Below are positions 17,066 through 26,390 of a stretch of 32,000 bases of DNA, piece by piece. The notes under the pieces are model-generated. The model was not told the origin of the DNA. It searched no databases and was given only the letters and a program-made list of their open reading frames with translations. This stretch comes from Candidatus Saccharimonadota bacterium (GTDB taxonomy: Bacteria > Patescibacteriota > Patescibacteriia > 2-12-FULL-60-25), in NCBI GenBank assembly GCA_016699205.1, contig CP064964.1:210001-242000 (forward strand). Direction: 5' to 3'. Positions within the stretch are counted from its first letter, which is position 1. Every line of letters begins with the position of its first letter. Both the position numbers and the translations under genes were made by a program.

Positions 17066-18529
17066 ATGAGACGCTTTTCTTCCACGCTGGCAGTAAGCCT
17101 CGGCTTACTGGCCATGCTCGGCCAGCCCCTGGCCCTGTTTGCGCAGTCTGATGATGCTTATCAAATTCCGGCAGAAGATGCCGCCAATGGCTTTGATCCA
17201 AATGCTATTTTGGATGATCGCGATATCTTTGATCTCGGCACAATGGATCTCACGGCTCTTAGAAGCTTCCTTAATCAACGCGGTGCTTTAGGCCGCATGA
17301 AGATCGCCGATATTGATGGTGTAGAAAAAGAACCGGCCGAGATTATTTGGCGCGTCGCAACGAGCTACAAAGTTAACCCTAAGTATCTCCTCGCTCTTCT
17401 TCAAAAGGAACAGAGCCTTGTTGAAGATACGAGCCCGACGCAGCGTCAGCTTGATTGGGCCATGGGCTTTGGTGTTTGCGATAGCTGTTCCAAGGAAGAT
17501 CCTCGCATTCAGGCTTATAAAGGTTTCGCCAACCAAATCGAGTACGCAGCCAAGCAGCATCGCGAACGCTATCTCTTCCAGCTGCTTGGCAAAGGCACGA
17601 CAATTTCCGGATACGCGCCGGGAAAGCTTGCCGTTGTTGATGGGCAGAATATCAAGCCGGTAAATAATGCGACGGCGATGCTTTATACGTATACACCGCA
17701 TATTCATGGCAACTTGAACTTGTGGCGTATTTGGCGCCGCTGGTTCTCCCTTTCTTTTCCAGATGGAACCGTTGCCCAAGGAAAGAGCTCCAAAGAAATT
17801 TACTTGATCCGCTTTAGCCAGAAGCGTTTGTTCAAGAGCAAGCTTGCGGCAGCGAGCATTATCGATCCGTCAAAGATTGTGCAGGTTGAGGATAGCCAGC
17901 TCACGGCTTATCCGGATGGAACCCCGATCAGTTTTCCTAATTACTCGATCGTCGAGACGGAAGATGGAAAGCGTTATCTGATCGATGGAAATGCCAAGCG
18001 TTTAATTGTTACCAAGGAAGCGTTCCGCCGACTGGGCTTTATTGAGGACGATGTGATCGAGGCAAAGGCAACGGAACTTGCAAGCTATGAGGATGGCAGG
18101 GATCTGACGGTTGCTTCCCAATTTCCGACAGGACAGCTGGCAACGGGACCGGATAAAAAATTGTGGTACGTGGAAGATGGCATCAAGCGCGAGATTCAGC
18201 ATCCAGCTCTCATCAATTTGTATTTCAAGGGACGCAAGTCAAAGAGTCTAACAGAGAAACAGCTTGATACTTTCCGCACCATTGAACCGTATCTTTTGCG
18301 CGATGGTGAACTTGTGAGCGGAGATAAGGGAACGACGGTTTATGTCGTTGAGAATTCTCTTTTGCGTCCGATCCAGTCGGGAACGGTGTTTGAAGAGCTT
18401 GGCTGGCAGTGGCGCAATGTCATCAAGGTTCCGCAGGCTGTTATCGAATTGCATCAGGTTGGCGCTGTTGTGGAATTACGTTCTGCGCCAAAGCTGATTG
18501 AGGAACATGATCTAGCAACCGAACTATGA
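17066..18529 (+). CDS. secreted hypothetical protein (possible cell-wall-associated)
   Basis: 487 aa with a signal peptide (LAVSLGLLAMLGQPLALFAQS). It contains a conserved-looking NPKYLLALLQKEQSLV segment. No confident family. Confidence 0.6.
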   Translation: MRRFSSTLAVSLGLLAMLGQPLALFAQSDDAYQIPAEDAANGFDPNAILDDRDIFDLGTMDLTALRSFLNQRGALGRMKIADIDGVEKEPAEIIWRVATSYKVNPKYLLALLQKEQSLVEDTSPTQRQLDWAMGFGVCDSCSKEDPRIQAYKGFANQIEYAAKQHRERYLFQLLGKGTTISGYAPGKLAVVDGQNIKPVNNATAMLYTYTPHIHGNLNLWRIWRRWFSLSFPDGTVAQGKSSKEIYLIRFSQKRLFKSKLAAASIIDPSKIVQVEDSQLTAYPDGTPISFPNYSIVETEDGKRYLIDGNAKRLIVTKEAFRRLGFIEDDVIEAKATELASYEDGRDLTVASQFPTGQLATGPDKKLWYVEDGIKREIQHPALINLYFKGRKSKSLTEKQLDTFRTIEPYLLRDGELVSGDKGTTVYVVENSLLRPIQSGTVFEELGWQWRNVIKVPQAVIELHQVGAVVELRSAPKLIEEHDLATEL

Positions 18530-19317
18530 TTGTCCTTGCCGCCATTGTCCCCCATTCCCCTTTGCTCGCGCCGACCATCGGCAAGGAGCATCGCGAGAAG
18601 TTGAGCGACACGCTCAATGCTTTTGAAGAGCTTTCGCAATCATTGTATTTGGCAAAACCTGACACGATCGTGATCCTCTCGCCGCATGCGCCAATGTATC
18701 CGGATGCGTTCAGCGGCAACATCGCGCCAACCTTCAAGGGCTCGCTAAAAGAATTTGGCGATCATGGCACCGAGCTTCCAATTAAGGCGGATTTTCTTTT
18801 GCTCGACCATATCCATCGCCATATGCGCGATCATGGGATGCCGTTCACTATGACAAGTGCTGAAGAACTCGATTACGCAACAACCATTCCTCTCCTCTTT
18901 CTCAATAAGAACCTGCCGAATGTAAAACTGATTCCGATCGGAATGTCGGGCTTGGATATTCAGAAGCACTATGCTTTTGGCGAGGAGCTCAAGAACGTTT
19001 TGCATGCCGAGTCGCGCCGAGTCGCAATTATTGCATCGGCTGATCTTTCCCATACCGCCAGCAACAGCTCGCCTGAAGGGCTTACGGAAGAAGGTATGCA
19101 GTTTGATAAGACGATGCGCGAGAAGTCGCTTAGTCTTGATGCCGCAGGAATGCTCTCGATGGATGCGGGCATGCTTGAGAAAGCCAAACAAAGCGGCCAC
19201 AAGCCGATTGTCACGCTCATGGGCTGTTTGAAAGATATGAACTGCAAGGCCAAGGAACTTTCCTACGAGGCTCCTTTTGGCGTCGGAATGATGACGGTTC
19301 GCTACGATCTCGCTTAA
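18526..19317 (+). CDS. class III extradiol dioxygenase subunit-B-like (LigB/Memo-superfamily) protein
   Basis: 263 aa. The N-terminal AAIVPHSPLL and the later SADLSHT are typical of this fold. Its ATG overlaps the upstream stop (ATGA). Confidence 0.6.
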   Translation: MIVLAAIVPHSPLLAPTIGKEHREKLSDTLNAFEELSQSLYLAKPDTIVILSPHAPMYPDAFSGNIAPTFKGSLKEFGDHGTELPIKADFLLLDHIHRHMRDHGMPFTMTSAEELDYATTIPLLFLNKNLPNVKLIPIGMSGLDIQKHYAFGEELKNVLHAESRRVAIIASADLSHTASNSSPEGLTEEGMQFDKTMREKSLSLDAAGMLSMDAGMLEKAKQSGHKPIVTLMGCLKDMNCKAKELSYEAPFGVGMMTVRYDLA

Positions 19318-19321
19318 GAAT

Positions 19322-21019
19322 ATGTATTGCAGGGTGGTGCCGCTCACCAGAACGCCGCCTGGTGTTGAGGTATTTGATTATCGAGTACCGCCGACCCTGA
19401 AACTTGAGGTCGGTGATTTAGTTTTGGTTCCCTTCCGTAGGAGCAAGATGCCAGCGATCGTTTTAGCCAAGATGCAAAGCTCACCCTTTGCGAGCAAGGC
19501 GCAGGATGTGATTGGCTCCTACGCCGACATTCGATTCCCCTTGTCGATTGTCGAGCTCTTGTCGCATGTCGCAACTACGACGTTTACGAGCAAACCAGCC
19601 GTGTTGAAAGCGTGGCTTCGAAGTTTGCCAAAGCGTATTCCCGATGTCATTCCAGCGAATGCTGGAATCCAGCGTAAGAAATCCAAACCAAGCGTAACGG
19701 CCAGCTGGTCCATCGATCACGAGTCCAAACTTATCGAGCGGGCTCGAGAGCTTTTAGCCGACGGGAAACAGGCTCTCGTACTCACACCTTGGAAAGCCCG
19801 TTTGACGATGTTCGTCGAAGAGATAGGCCAAGGCTCGATCTATTCCTCCGACTTGAATGATGGTGATGCTTTCCGAGCTTGGAGCCGGTTTTATTCAGGA
19901 GAGTCCCGACTTGTGGTCGCGACGAGGCTTGGGGGCTGGTTGTCCCCGCTCGCTGATGTCGTTTTGCTGGATGAGCCGGAGAATGATGATTATAAGCAGG
20001 ATGAACTCGCTCCACGCTACGATGCGCGCAAGTTAGCCATTTGGAGTGCTGAGCATGCATCTACGGTGGTTGAAGCGTATGGCCTGACCCCTCCACTCCA
20101 TTCCGATGAGGATGCGCCAGCCATCGAAGTTGATCTTGAGGTCGTGATTCGTCACCCACAGGGGCGCGGTGCTATCCCGATGATTCAAGGAGAGGCTTTG
20201 AACACGTTACGTGAACATGAAGGCGCGCGGATTATTATCCATCCAATCAAAGGAGATGTCGCTCGATTAACGTGCCGCGACTGCGGACATCAAGTCATCT
20301 GCCCAAAATGTGATTTTGTTTTGGCGGCTGATGGCATGCATGCGCGTTGTCGACGTTGCGGTTACAAGGGAGATCTACCTCTAGAATGTCCGTCATGTCA
20401 TGGACCAGATCTGGGAAAATCATTGCCAGGTATCGAGCGGTTGAAATCCGCGTGGAAAAAACATGAGAGCGATATAGAGGTCGAGTGGCGAGGCGTATCC
20501 AATGCGGATTTTGAAATGCCGATTCCGGAGCATGCCTGCGTACTTGTGACTGATGCGTCTCTGATAAGCGGGGGCTCGGAAGATGTCCGACGACTTGAGA
20601 AGCTCGCCGTAACATTCCGACGATTAGCGCATGATGTCGCGCTCTCGAAAGGCAAGCTTCTTATACAGACGGAAGAACACATGGCTGATTTTTGGACGCG
20701 TGTTCTATCGACAGAAGGCTTCAAGGGATTCCGCGAGCAGGAGCGGGCAGCAAGACACATGTTTGGATATCCGCCAGCGAAACGGCTTATCAAGGTGATT
20801 GTCGAATTTGAGGATGAGAAGCCTCTTGCTCCCATTAAAGCCTTGGCCGAAGTACGCGGACCCTACCCTATTCCGTATCGGGTCAAAACCAAGAAAAACA
20901 GGTATATTTGGCATATCCTGCCTAAAACCAATACGGTTAGCCGGGAATTGCTGGATGCGCTCTCAAGCCTATCCAAACAGGCGCTGATAGATCTTGACCC
21001 AATCGCCTTTTTGCGCTAA
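19322..21019 (+). CDS. priA: primosomal protein N' (PriA)-like, with degenerate helicase motifs
   Basis: It has a PriA-type N-terminus (VVPLTRTPPGVEVFDYRVP...GDLVLVPF), a four-CxxC zinc region (CRDCGHQVICPKCD...CRRCGY...CPSCHG) and a C-terminal domain. At 565 aa it is shorter than typical. See the finding on missing Walker A / DEXH. Confidence 0.8.
   Translation: MYCRVVPLTRTPPGVEVFDYRVPPTLKLEVGDLVLVPFRRSKMPAIVLAKMQSSPFASKAQDVIGSYADIRFPLSIVELLSHVATTTFTSKPAVLKAWLRSLPKRIPDVIPANAGIQRKKSKPSVTASWSIDHESKLIERARELLADGKQALVLTPWKARLTMFVEEIGQGSIYSSDLNDGDAFRAWSRFYSGESRLVVATRLGGWLSPLADVVLLDEPENDDYKQDELAPRYDARKLAIWSAEHASTVVEAYGLTPPLHSDEDAPAIEVDLEVVIRHPQGRGAIPMIQGEALNTLREHEGARIIIHPIKGDVARLTCRDCGHQVICPKCDFVLAADGMHARCRRCGYKGDLPLECPSCHGPDLGKSLPGIERLKSAWKKHESDIEVEWRGVSNADFEMPIPEHACVLVTDASLISGGSEDVRRLEKLAVTFRRLAHDVALSKGKLLIQTEEHMADFWTRVLSTEGFKGFREQERAARHMFGYPPAKRLIKVIVEFEDEKPLAPIKALAEVRGPYPIPYRVKTKKNRYIWHILPKTNTVSRELLDALSSLSKQALIDLDPIAFLR
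19646..19672 (+). repeat. palindromic repeat family 2, copy 1 (GTCATTCCAGCGAATGCTGGAATCCAG)
   Basis: An 8-bp perfect stem (19649-19656 pairs with 19661-19668) with loop GAAT. It is translated in priA as VIPANAGIQ. The opposite strand reads WIPAFAGMT. Confidence 0.75.
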
Positions 21020-21033
21020 TATCAGCCTTCGAT

Positions 21034-21516
21034 ATGGAAACCTTTCCAATTGTGAAAGACCCAACCCCAAGCCTGCGCCAACGTTCGCAGGAGATTGAGG
21101 TATCCGAAATTCAAACCCCGGAATTCCAGGCTTATCTCGATAAGCTCACCGCCACGATGCTGGTTGAGGATGGCGTTGGAATCGCCTCGCCGCAGGTGGG
21201 ACGGAATATCCGTGCCATCGTCGTAAACATGCCAAAGGGCCCGGAGTGTTTCATGAATCCGGAGATTACAAAGAAGTCCGAGGCGACGGTTGATAGCGAT
21301 GAAGGCTGTCTCTCGGTTCCGGAAAAATACGGCGTTGTTCAGCGCCACAAAAAAATCACCTTGCGCGCCTTGAATCGCCATGGCCGTCGTATTGAATTTG
21401 AAGCAAAAGCTTTTCCGGCCATTATTTTCCAGCACGAGATCGACCATTTGGATGGCGTCTTGTTTATCGACAAGGCCAAGAACATTGTGAAGGCTTCAAA
21501 CGGCAAACATATTTAA
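21034..21516 (+). CDS. def: peptide deformylase
   Basis: The three PDF motifs are present: GVGIASPQVG, EGCLSVP and HEIDHLDG. Confidence 0.95.
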   Translation: METFPIVKDPTPSLRQRSQEIEVSEIQTPEFQAYLDKLTATMLVEDGVGIASPQVGRNIRAIVVNMPKGPECFMNPEITKKSEATVDSDEGCLSVPEKYGVVQRHKKITLRALNRHGRRIEFEAKAFPAIIFQHEIDHLDGVLFIDKAKNIVKASNGKHI

Positions 21517-21517
21517 C

Positions 21518-22462
21518 ATGATCTCCATCGTCTTTTTTGGAACGTCCGAGTTTGCGGTGCCATCGCTCAAGGCTCTTTTGGGCGATCGCGAAGGCACGTT
21601 TGGTGCAGGGACTCCATTTAAAATCGTTTCCGTAGTCACGCAGCCGGATCGACCTGTTGGACGACATGCAAAATTAGAAAAGCCTCCAGTGAAAATCGCG
21701 GCTGAGCATTTTGGTATTCCTGTTCTCCAATTTGAACAAGTGAAATCTGATGAAGCGTTTGAAAAACTGAAGGCCTTAAAAGCGGATGTAGCAGTGGTTG
21801 CAAGCTTTGGTCAGATCATTCCGCAACGAGTACTAGATTTGTACAAATATGGAATGGTGAATGTCCACTCTTCCCTACTCCCAAAATATCGAGGCGCATC
21901 CCCCATCCAGGCAGCGATCGCCAAAGGCGACGAACAGACCGGAGTCTCTATTATGCTTATTGATGCCAAAATGGATCATGGGCCGGTTTTGGATAAATGG
22001 TCGACGAAGATTGAGCCAACAGACACGACAGCGACACTAACCACTCGATTGGCCGAGCTCGGTGCCGATTTACTCGTCCGTACACTTCCGGACTATATCG
22101 ACGGTAAAATCGAGCCTGTTGAACAGGATCATTCTCAAGCAACGATGGTTAAGCTCTTGAAACGCGAGGATGGACGATTAGATCCGGTCACAAAGAGCTC
22201 TGCAGAACTTGAGCGACTCGTGCGCGCCAATGATCCTTGGCCTGGAACGTTTATCGAGATCGAGGGTGAACGCTTGAAGATTTTAAGCTGCGAGATCGAT
22301 GGAGCAACGGATTTGGCTCCTGGCTCGCGTTATCGCGTTATTGATTTACCGGCTATCGCCTGTGCCGATGGCGTTGGCCTTGTTTTGACAACGGTTCAAC
22401 CAGAAGGAAAACCGCCCCTTGAGGGAGCGGCTTTCTTGCGTGGAGCTCGGAACTGGTCTTAA
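21518..22462 (+). CDS. fmt: methionyl-tRNA formyltransferase
   Basis: N-terminal FFGTSEFAVPSL, the formyltransferase core (NVHSSLLPKYRGASPIQ) and a C-terminal tRNA-binding domain. It is adjacent to def. Confidence 0.95.
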   Translation: MISIVFFGTSEFAVPSLKALLGDREGTFGAGTPFKIVSVVTQPDRPVGRHAKLEKPPVKIAAEHFGIPVLQFEQVKSDEAFEKLKALKADVAVVASFGQIIPQRVLDLYKYGMVNVHSSLLPKYRGASPIQAAIAKGDEQTGVSIMLIDAKMDHGPVLDKWSTKIEPTDTTATLTTRLAELGADLLVRTLPDYIDGKIEPVEQDHSQATMVKLLKREDGRLDPVTKSSAELERLVRANDPWPGTFIEIEGERLKILSCEIDGATDLAPGSRYRVIDLPAIACADGVGLVLTTVQPEGKPPLEGAAFLRGARNWS

Positions 22463-23214
22463 TCCTCGATTGTTTCTGCTTCCAAAAGGAAGGCGTTGGC
22501 TCCGGTGCCGCTTACAGATTTAACCAAACCAACATCTTTTACATACCAAGCTGTGCTGTTTGATGTGGTGTTGAATGGGCGGCCGGCGATCGTCGATTCA
22601 ACCTGAATGGTTTGCTCGACTTTAAGGGCTGTGAACGTGCCTGCCGGGACTGTGACGCTTTCTTCAGCGGTTACCTTGTTTGTGATTTTGGTCGAGCTAA
22701 TGCGGCCATTCATCATGCTGCCGATCGGACCCGTATCGGTGGTTGTTATCTTTACCTTGCTCGTGTTCACCCATTCTTTGCCGACGCGCATGTCTGCCGG
22801 AAGAATTTCACCGCTCATCTCAAGAACTTCGTAGCTGACATCGAATCCAAGGAAAGCACTCGCAAAGTCAAAATAACCCTTACCTTTGACCACGCCGCCA
22901 ACACATTCAAGCTCGTTAGTGATTTTTGCGTTGCGGCCGCGTACTGTCATATCGTATTCCAACTTGATTCCGTTGGCATCATGCTCGATAACGCTGATCT
23001 TGAACGGAACTTCTGTTCCACCATTAACGCTTCTGTAGGCAATCGAGGAGCCCGCATCCAAGGGATAATAGGCGTTCAAACAGCGGCCAGCGACCGGACG
23101 CGACGGTGTCGGTGTTGGCGATGTACCTGTTGGCGATGACGGAGCAGCTCCACAACCAGCGCCTAAAAGAGCGATCATGGACGTGGCAGCAAAGAGGCGT
23201 TGGAGTTGTTTCAT
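22459..23214 (-). CDS. lipoprotein of unknown function
   Basis: ATG at 23214 gives MKQLQRLFAATSMIALLGAGCGAAPS (signal peptide plus lipobox). The longer track start at 23418 would run through the end of the upstream gene. Confidence 0.65.
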   Translation of the reverse strand: MKQLQRLFAATSMIALLGAGCGAAPSSPTGTSPTPTPSRPVAGRCLNAYYPLDAGSSIAYRSVNGGTEVPFKISVIEHDANGIKLEYDMTVRGRNAKITNELECVGGVVKGKGYFDFASAFLGFDVSYEVLEMSGEILPADMRVGKEWVNTSKVKITTTDTGPIGSMMNGRISSTKITNKVTAEESVTVPAGTFTALKVEQTIQVESTIAGRPFNTTSNSTAWYVKDVGLVKSVSGTGANAFLLEAETIED

Positions 23215-23228
23215 ATGGCAAAATTCTA

Positions 23229-24461
23229 TCAAGCACCCAGCAGGAGAACAAGCAAGCCAAGCGGATGGTTTAAATAGGGAGTAAAGACGTGAACAACGGC
23301 CAAGGTCAGAATAACAGGTGCCAGGAAAGGTCGTTTTTTGATTATCGACGCAAGCAGCCAGAGCATGACCAGCGGACCAAGAATACCGAACTTGATCCAA
23401 AGATCGATCCAGCCCCATTCAAAGGCGTACGTCGTGTAGCGTCCGCCGGTTTGAGCGACAACACGCGGATCAGCACTCTGGTATGTCACCGTCGCGCCAA
23501 AGCCATGACCCAGAATTGGCGATTCTAGCGCTTTATCGATCAGAATCGGTAGCAACTCCCAGCGGCTGGTTGCTGCGCTCTCCCCCGCCTCTACACGGGC
23601 TGTAAACCAATCAATGGGATTGCCTGCTGTCGATGACGGAAATGGAAACCAAGCGATACCAATAAGCGCGAGCACCGAAAGGATTCCGGCTACGAGCATC
23701 CCTTTTATCCAATGCCATGTCTTGCGTCGCAAAACGTAGGCGATACAAGAAAAAAAACCAAGGCCGAGAGCGATCCAGAAACTGCGAGAAAATGAAATGA
23801 GAATCACAAGCACACAAAGTGCGAGTGCCGACCATTGCTCCCTGCTTACGCGACGTCGTGCCGCATCCGAAGCAAGCCAAACGGCAGCAAGCAAGGGGTA
23901 GATTTGTGACTGGATAAAGACGCGCGCAATTCCACCCTCGCCCAACAATGTGATCTCCCCTACTCCGGTACGGCGAATCCAACGATGAACGGATTCCAAA
24001 AATGATGGGTCGAATGCATGTGAGAACAGATAGAATAACGCTATCGATTTTACGATCAGCCACGCCACACCAACCTTTGCGACGAGCCTCAGCGTCGACC
24101 AAAATTCTTGCGATTCATGCTTTGCTAGATCGATGATCGGCAAGATGAGCAGCAAAACACCCCAGGCATTTGCATCGGCAAAAACAAATGGTTGATTCAT
24201 CGCAAAACCGAGCCAGACGGCGTAAGCAACCAAGGCTGATAGTGCGAGAATCGTATTAGGAATTTGGAAATGACTTTTTCTAATGCGAGCAACAAACCAG
24301 CCGAGCATGAAGGTCGCGAATAAAATGATGCGTAGCGAGATGCCGCCGTCATTAGCCATGTCTGCACCGTAGACGAGAAGACGACCTTTGGAACCGATGA
24401 GGAACTCGAGCGCGAGAATCCCAAAAGCCAACGTAGGCTTTTTGTAAGCCAGCATCAGCAT
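23229..24461 (-). CDS. O-antigen ligase/polymerase-like (Wzy_C family) membrane protein
   Basis: 410 aa, polytopic. It has an SFSRSFW segment, a large loop with R/H residues and a GHGFG motif, as in the Wzy_C/WaaL family. Confidence 0.7.
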   Translation of the reverse strand: MLMLAYKKPTLAFGILALEFLIGSKGRLLVYGADMANDGGISLRIILFATFMLGWFVARIRKSHFQIPNTILALSALVAYAVWLGFAMNQPFVFADANAWGVLLLILPIIDLAKHESQEFWSTLRLVAKVGVAWLIVKSIALFYLFSHAFDPSFLESVHRWIRRTGVGEITLLGEGGIARVFIQSQIYPLLAAVWLASDAARRRVSREQWSALALCVLVILISFSRSFWIALGLGFFSCIAYVLRRKTWHWIKGMLVAGILSVLALIGIAWFPFPSSTAGNPIDWFTARVEAGESAATSRWELLPILIDKALESPILGHGFGATVTYQSADPRVVAQTGGRYTTYAFEWGWIDLWIKFGILGPLVMLWLLASIIKKRPFLAPVILTLAVVHVFTPYLNHPLGLLVLLLGA

Positions 24462-25297
24462 CGCGATACCAGCGGCGAAGGCGAGGCGGAATTTAAATCA
24501 GGATTCCAGGCAGCAGGAATCGAGAGAGCCTCGACGAGAAGGACGAGGCCAGCCAGCTTTAAAATGCCATTCCCGCGGAGGCGAGAATCCAGCTGATGGA
24601 GATTATGCTTCTTTCGAATAATCGCTTCCGCGTCTTTGTATTTTTTAACAAGCTTGGGCATCCAACCAATCTTCTCCCATGGGAGCTTGTAGGCGAATGC
24701 AGGCAGCCATTGGCTCATGCCGGTTTTGCGCGGCTTAAGCGAGAACAGGACTTCATCGATCCAGAAACCAACACTCCCCTTTTCCACCATCGTCAAAAAC
24801 AAATCCCAGTCCTGGAATTTCTTAAGTGATTCATCAAAGCCCGGAAATGCGTTGCGACGGATGAGGGCGCTTGTATGGATGTAATTCTGTTTTTTGAGTG
24901 CCTCGATATTGAAGGGCTGGCCGGTAAAAATCGTACGGCCGAATTTAAATGACGGATAGACAAAATCTACTTCCGTATGTTTTTCCATTGTCTCGACCAT
25001 TCTTTGTAGCGCATGCGATTTGAGAATAGCATCAGCATCGAGAAAGATGACGAAGTCGCCTTTGGATCGCGCAAAGCCGGCATTACGGGCGGCGGGAGCG
25101 CCGAGGTTTTTATTGAACGTTATTAACTGGACTCCAGCGTTCTCTGGAATGACGGGGGCTACGTCTGAACCGTCGTCGACAATGATGACTTCAAAATCTT
25201 GTTCCGTCTGTGTTTGGAGGGATGCAAAACAGGCTGTGAGTTCGTCACCGTGATTGTAGACCGGGATGATGACGGAAATTTTTGGCATATTACTCAT
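24455..25297 (-). CDS. family 2 glycosyltransferase
   Basis: ISVIIPVYNHGDELTACFASLQTQT, DFEVIIVDDGSD and DADA(I) (DxD-type) motifs. Confidence 0.9.
   Translation of the reverse strand: MSNMPKISVIIPVYNHGDELTACFASLQTQTEQDFEVIIVDDGSDVAPVIPENAGVQLITFNKNLGAPAARNAGFARSKGDFVIFLDADAILKSHALQRMVETMEKHTEVDFVYPSFKFGRTIFTGQPFNIEALKKQNYIHTSALIRRNAFPGFDESLKKFQDWDLFLTMVEKGSVGFWIDEVLFSLKPRKTGMSQWLPAFAYKLPWEKIGWMPKLVKKYKDAEAIIRKKHNLHQLDSRLRGNGILKLAGLVLLVEALSIPAAWNPDLNSASPSPLVSRC
25127..25153 (-). repeat. palindromic repeat family 2, copy 2 (minus strand GTCATTCCAGAGAACGCTGGAGTCCAG)
   Basis: 24 of 27 nt are identical to copy 1 by eye. The stem is partly decayed. It is translated in the GT2 gene as VIPENAGVQ. 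Confidence 0.6.
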
Positions 25298-26390
25298 CGA
25301 GCCCCTCCAGGATCTGACGGAAACGCTGGGCGCGGTCTTCCCAACGGAAGTCGCGTTCTGCGCGGAGTTTTCCGGCGTCTCCGAATTGTCGGCCGATGTC
25401 AGGTCGATCGTACAACGCTTTCACAGCTTCTGCGATCTCGCGCGGATTGTGCGGATCAACAAGCAAACCGGTGACGCCGTCGACAACCGCCTCTGGCGTT
25501 CCCCCGCTCTTTCCGGCGATGACAGGTAATCCGGCGAGCGCTGCTTCCAAGAATACGATACCAAAACCTTCTACATCGGCCGGTTCTTCACGAACAGGAA
25601 GGATGAAGACATCGGCGGCGGCGTACCAGAGATTGCGCTCGAGATCGGTAGCGGCGGTGAGGAGGCGGACACGATCGCGGAAACGCCAAGACAAGGTTTC
25701 AATACGGCCGCGATCCGGACCATCGCCGATAATGACGAGACTGATTTCTTTTGGCAGAAAACCCATGGTCTCAACCAAACGATCCAAGCCTTTGCGTTGG
25801 ACATGGCGCGAGACAGCAAGAAGAACAAACGCATTTTCCGGAAGTCCGATGACACGACGTGCGTCACTACGCGTCGGAAGCGTGAATGGCTCGGCGCCTG
25901 GCGTAACAACCTTGGGATAGATGGTCGGCTCAAAGGCATTAATTTCTGCGGCGATGGCACGCGAGTTGGCGATGACATTGGTTGCACCGCGCAGAATCTG
26001 GCGAGCAAGCCACGTTTTGCGACTATTACTTTGCGCGAGGCGGAGATCAAGACCGTGAACGATGATCGAGTACGGAAGACCGCCTAGTTTATTGGCGATC
26101 CAGGCAGCCGTACCAACCGGCAAAAGATGACTGATGAGCAATTGCGAGTATCCGGCTTTTCCGAGGCGGCGCATGAAGCCGATCATCGGACGCCAGGAGA
26201 ATGGTCCGCGGGCCAACAATCGCACATGCTCAACGTGACCCGGACCTTCTGATGGGTGGCCTTGATTTACAAAGACGTCGATCAGGCCTTCCGAGCCCGC
26301 GACGAGATTCCCGAGATACCGCGCAACTCCACCGCGCTCTGGCGGATAATCGAGCGTTACGAGCGCAACCTTGATACTAGGGTTTGTCAT
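25290..26390 (-). CDS. family 4 (GT-B fold, GT1-type) glycosyltransferase
   Basis: C-terminal EGFGIVFLEAALAGLPVIAGKSGGTPEAV (E-x7-E region). The N-terminal KVALVTLDYPPERGGVARY is typical. The start is ATG 26390 or 26402; the track start at 26462 overlaps the flippase gene heavily. Confidence 0.9.
   Translation of the reverse strand: MTNPSIKVALVTLDYPPERGGVARYLGNLVAGSEGLIDVFVNQGHPSEGPGHVEHVRLLARGPFSWRPMIGFMRRLGKAGYSQLLISHLLPVGTAAWIANKLGGLPYSIIVHGLDLRLAQSNSRKTWLARQILRGATNVIANSRAIAAEINAFEPTIYPKVVTPGAEPFTLPTRSDARRVIGLPENAFVLLAVSRHVQRKGLDRLVETMGFLPKEISLVIIGDGPDRGRIETLSWRFRDRVRLLTAATDLERNLWYAAADVFILPVREEPADVEGFGIVFLEAALAGLPVIAGKSGGTPEAVVDGVTGLLVDPHNPREIAEAVKALYDRPDIGRQFGDAGKLRAERDFRWEDRAQRFRQILEGLDE

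Noticed and set aside
18745-19347. A 200-aa minus-strand ORF antisense to the LigB-like gene. The same applies to other long antisense ORFs: 313..786, 1564..2025, 12612..13139-type, 25396..25920, 31070..31579.
   Set aside because: Each lies opposite a gene with recognisable family motifs, has no motifs of its own, and has a skewed R/S/C-rich composition. These are treated as shadow ORFs.
23215-23418. N-terminal 68 codons of track ORF 22459..23418.
   Set aside because: The extension overlaps the 3' end of the O-antigen-ligase-like gene. A clean signal peptide and lipobox begin at the ATG at 23214.
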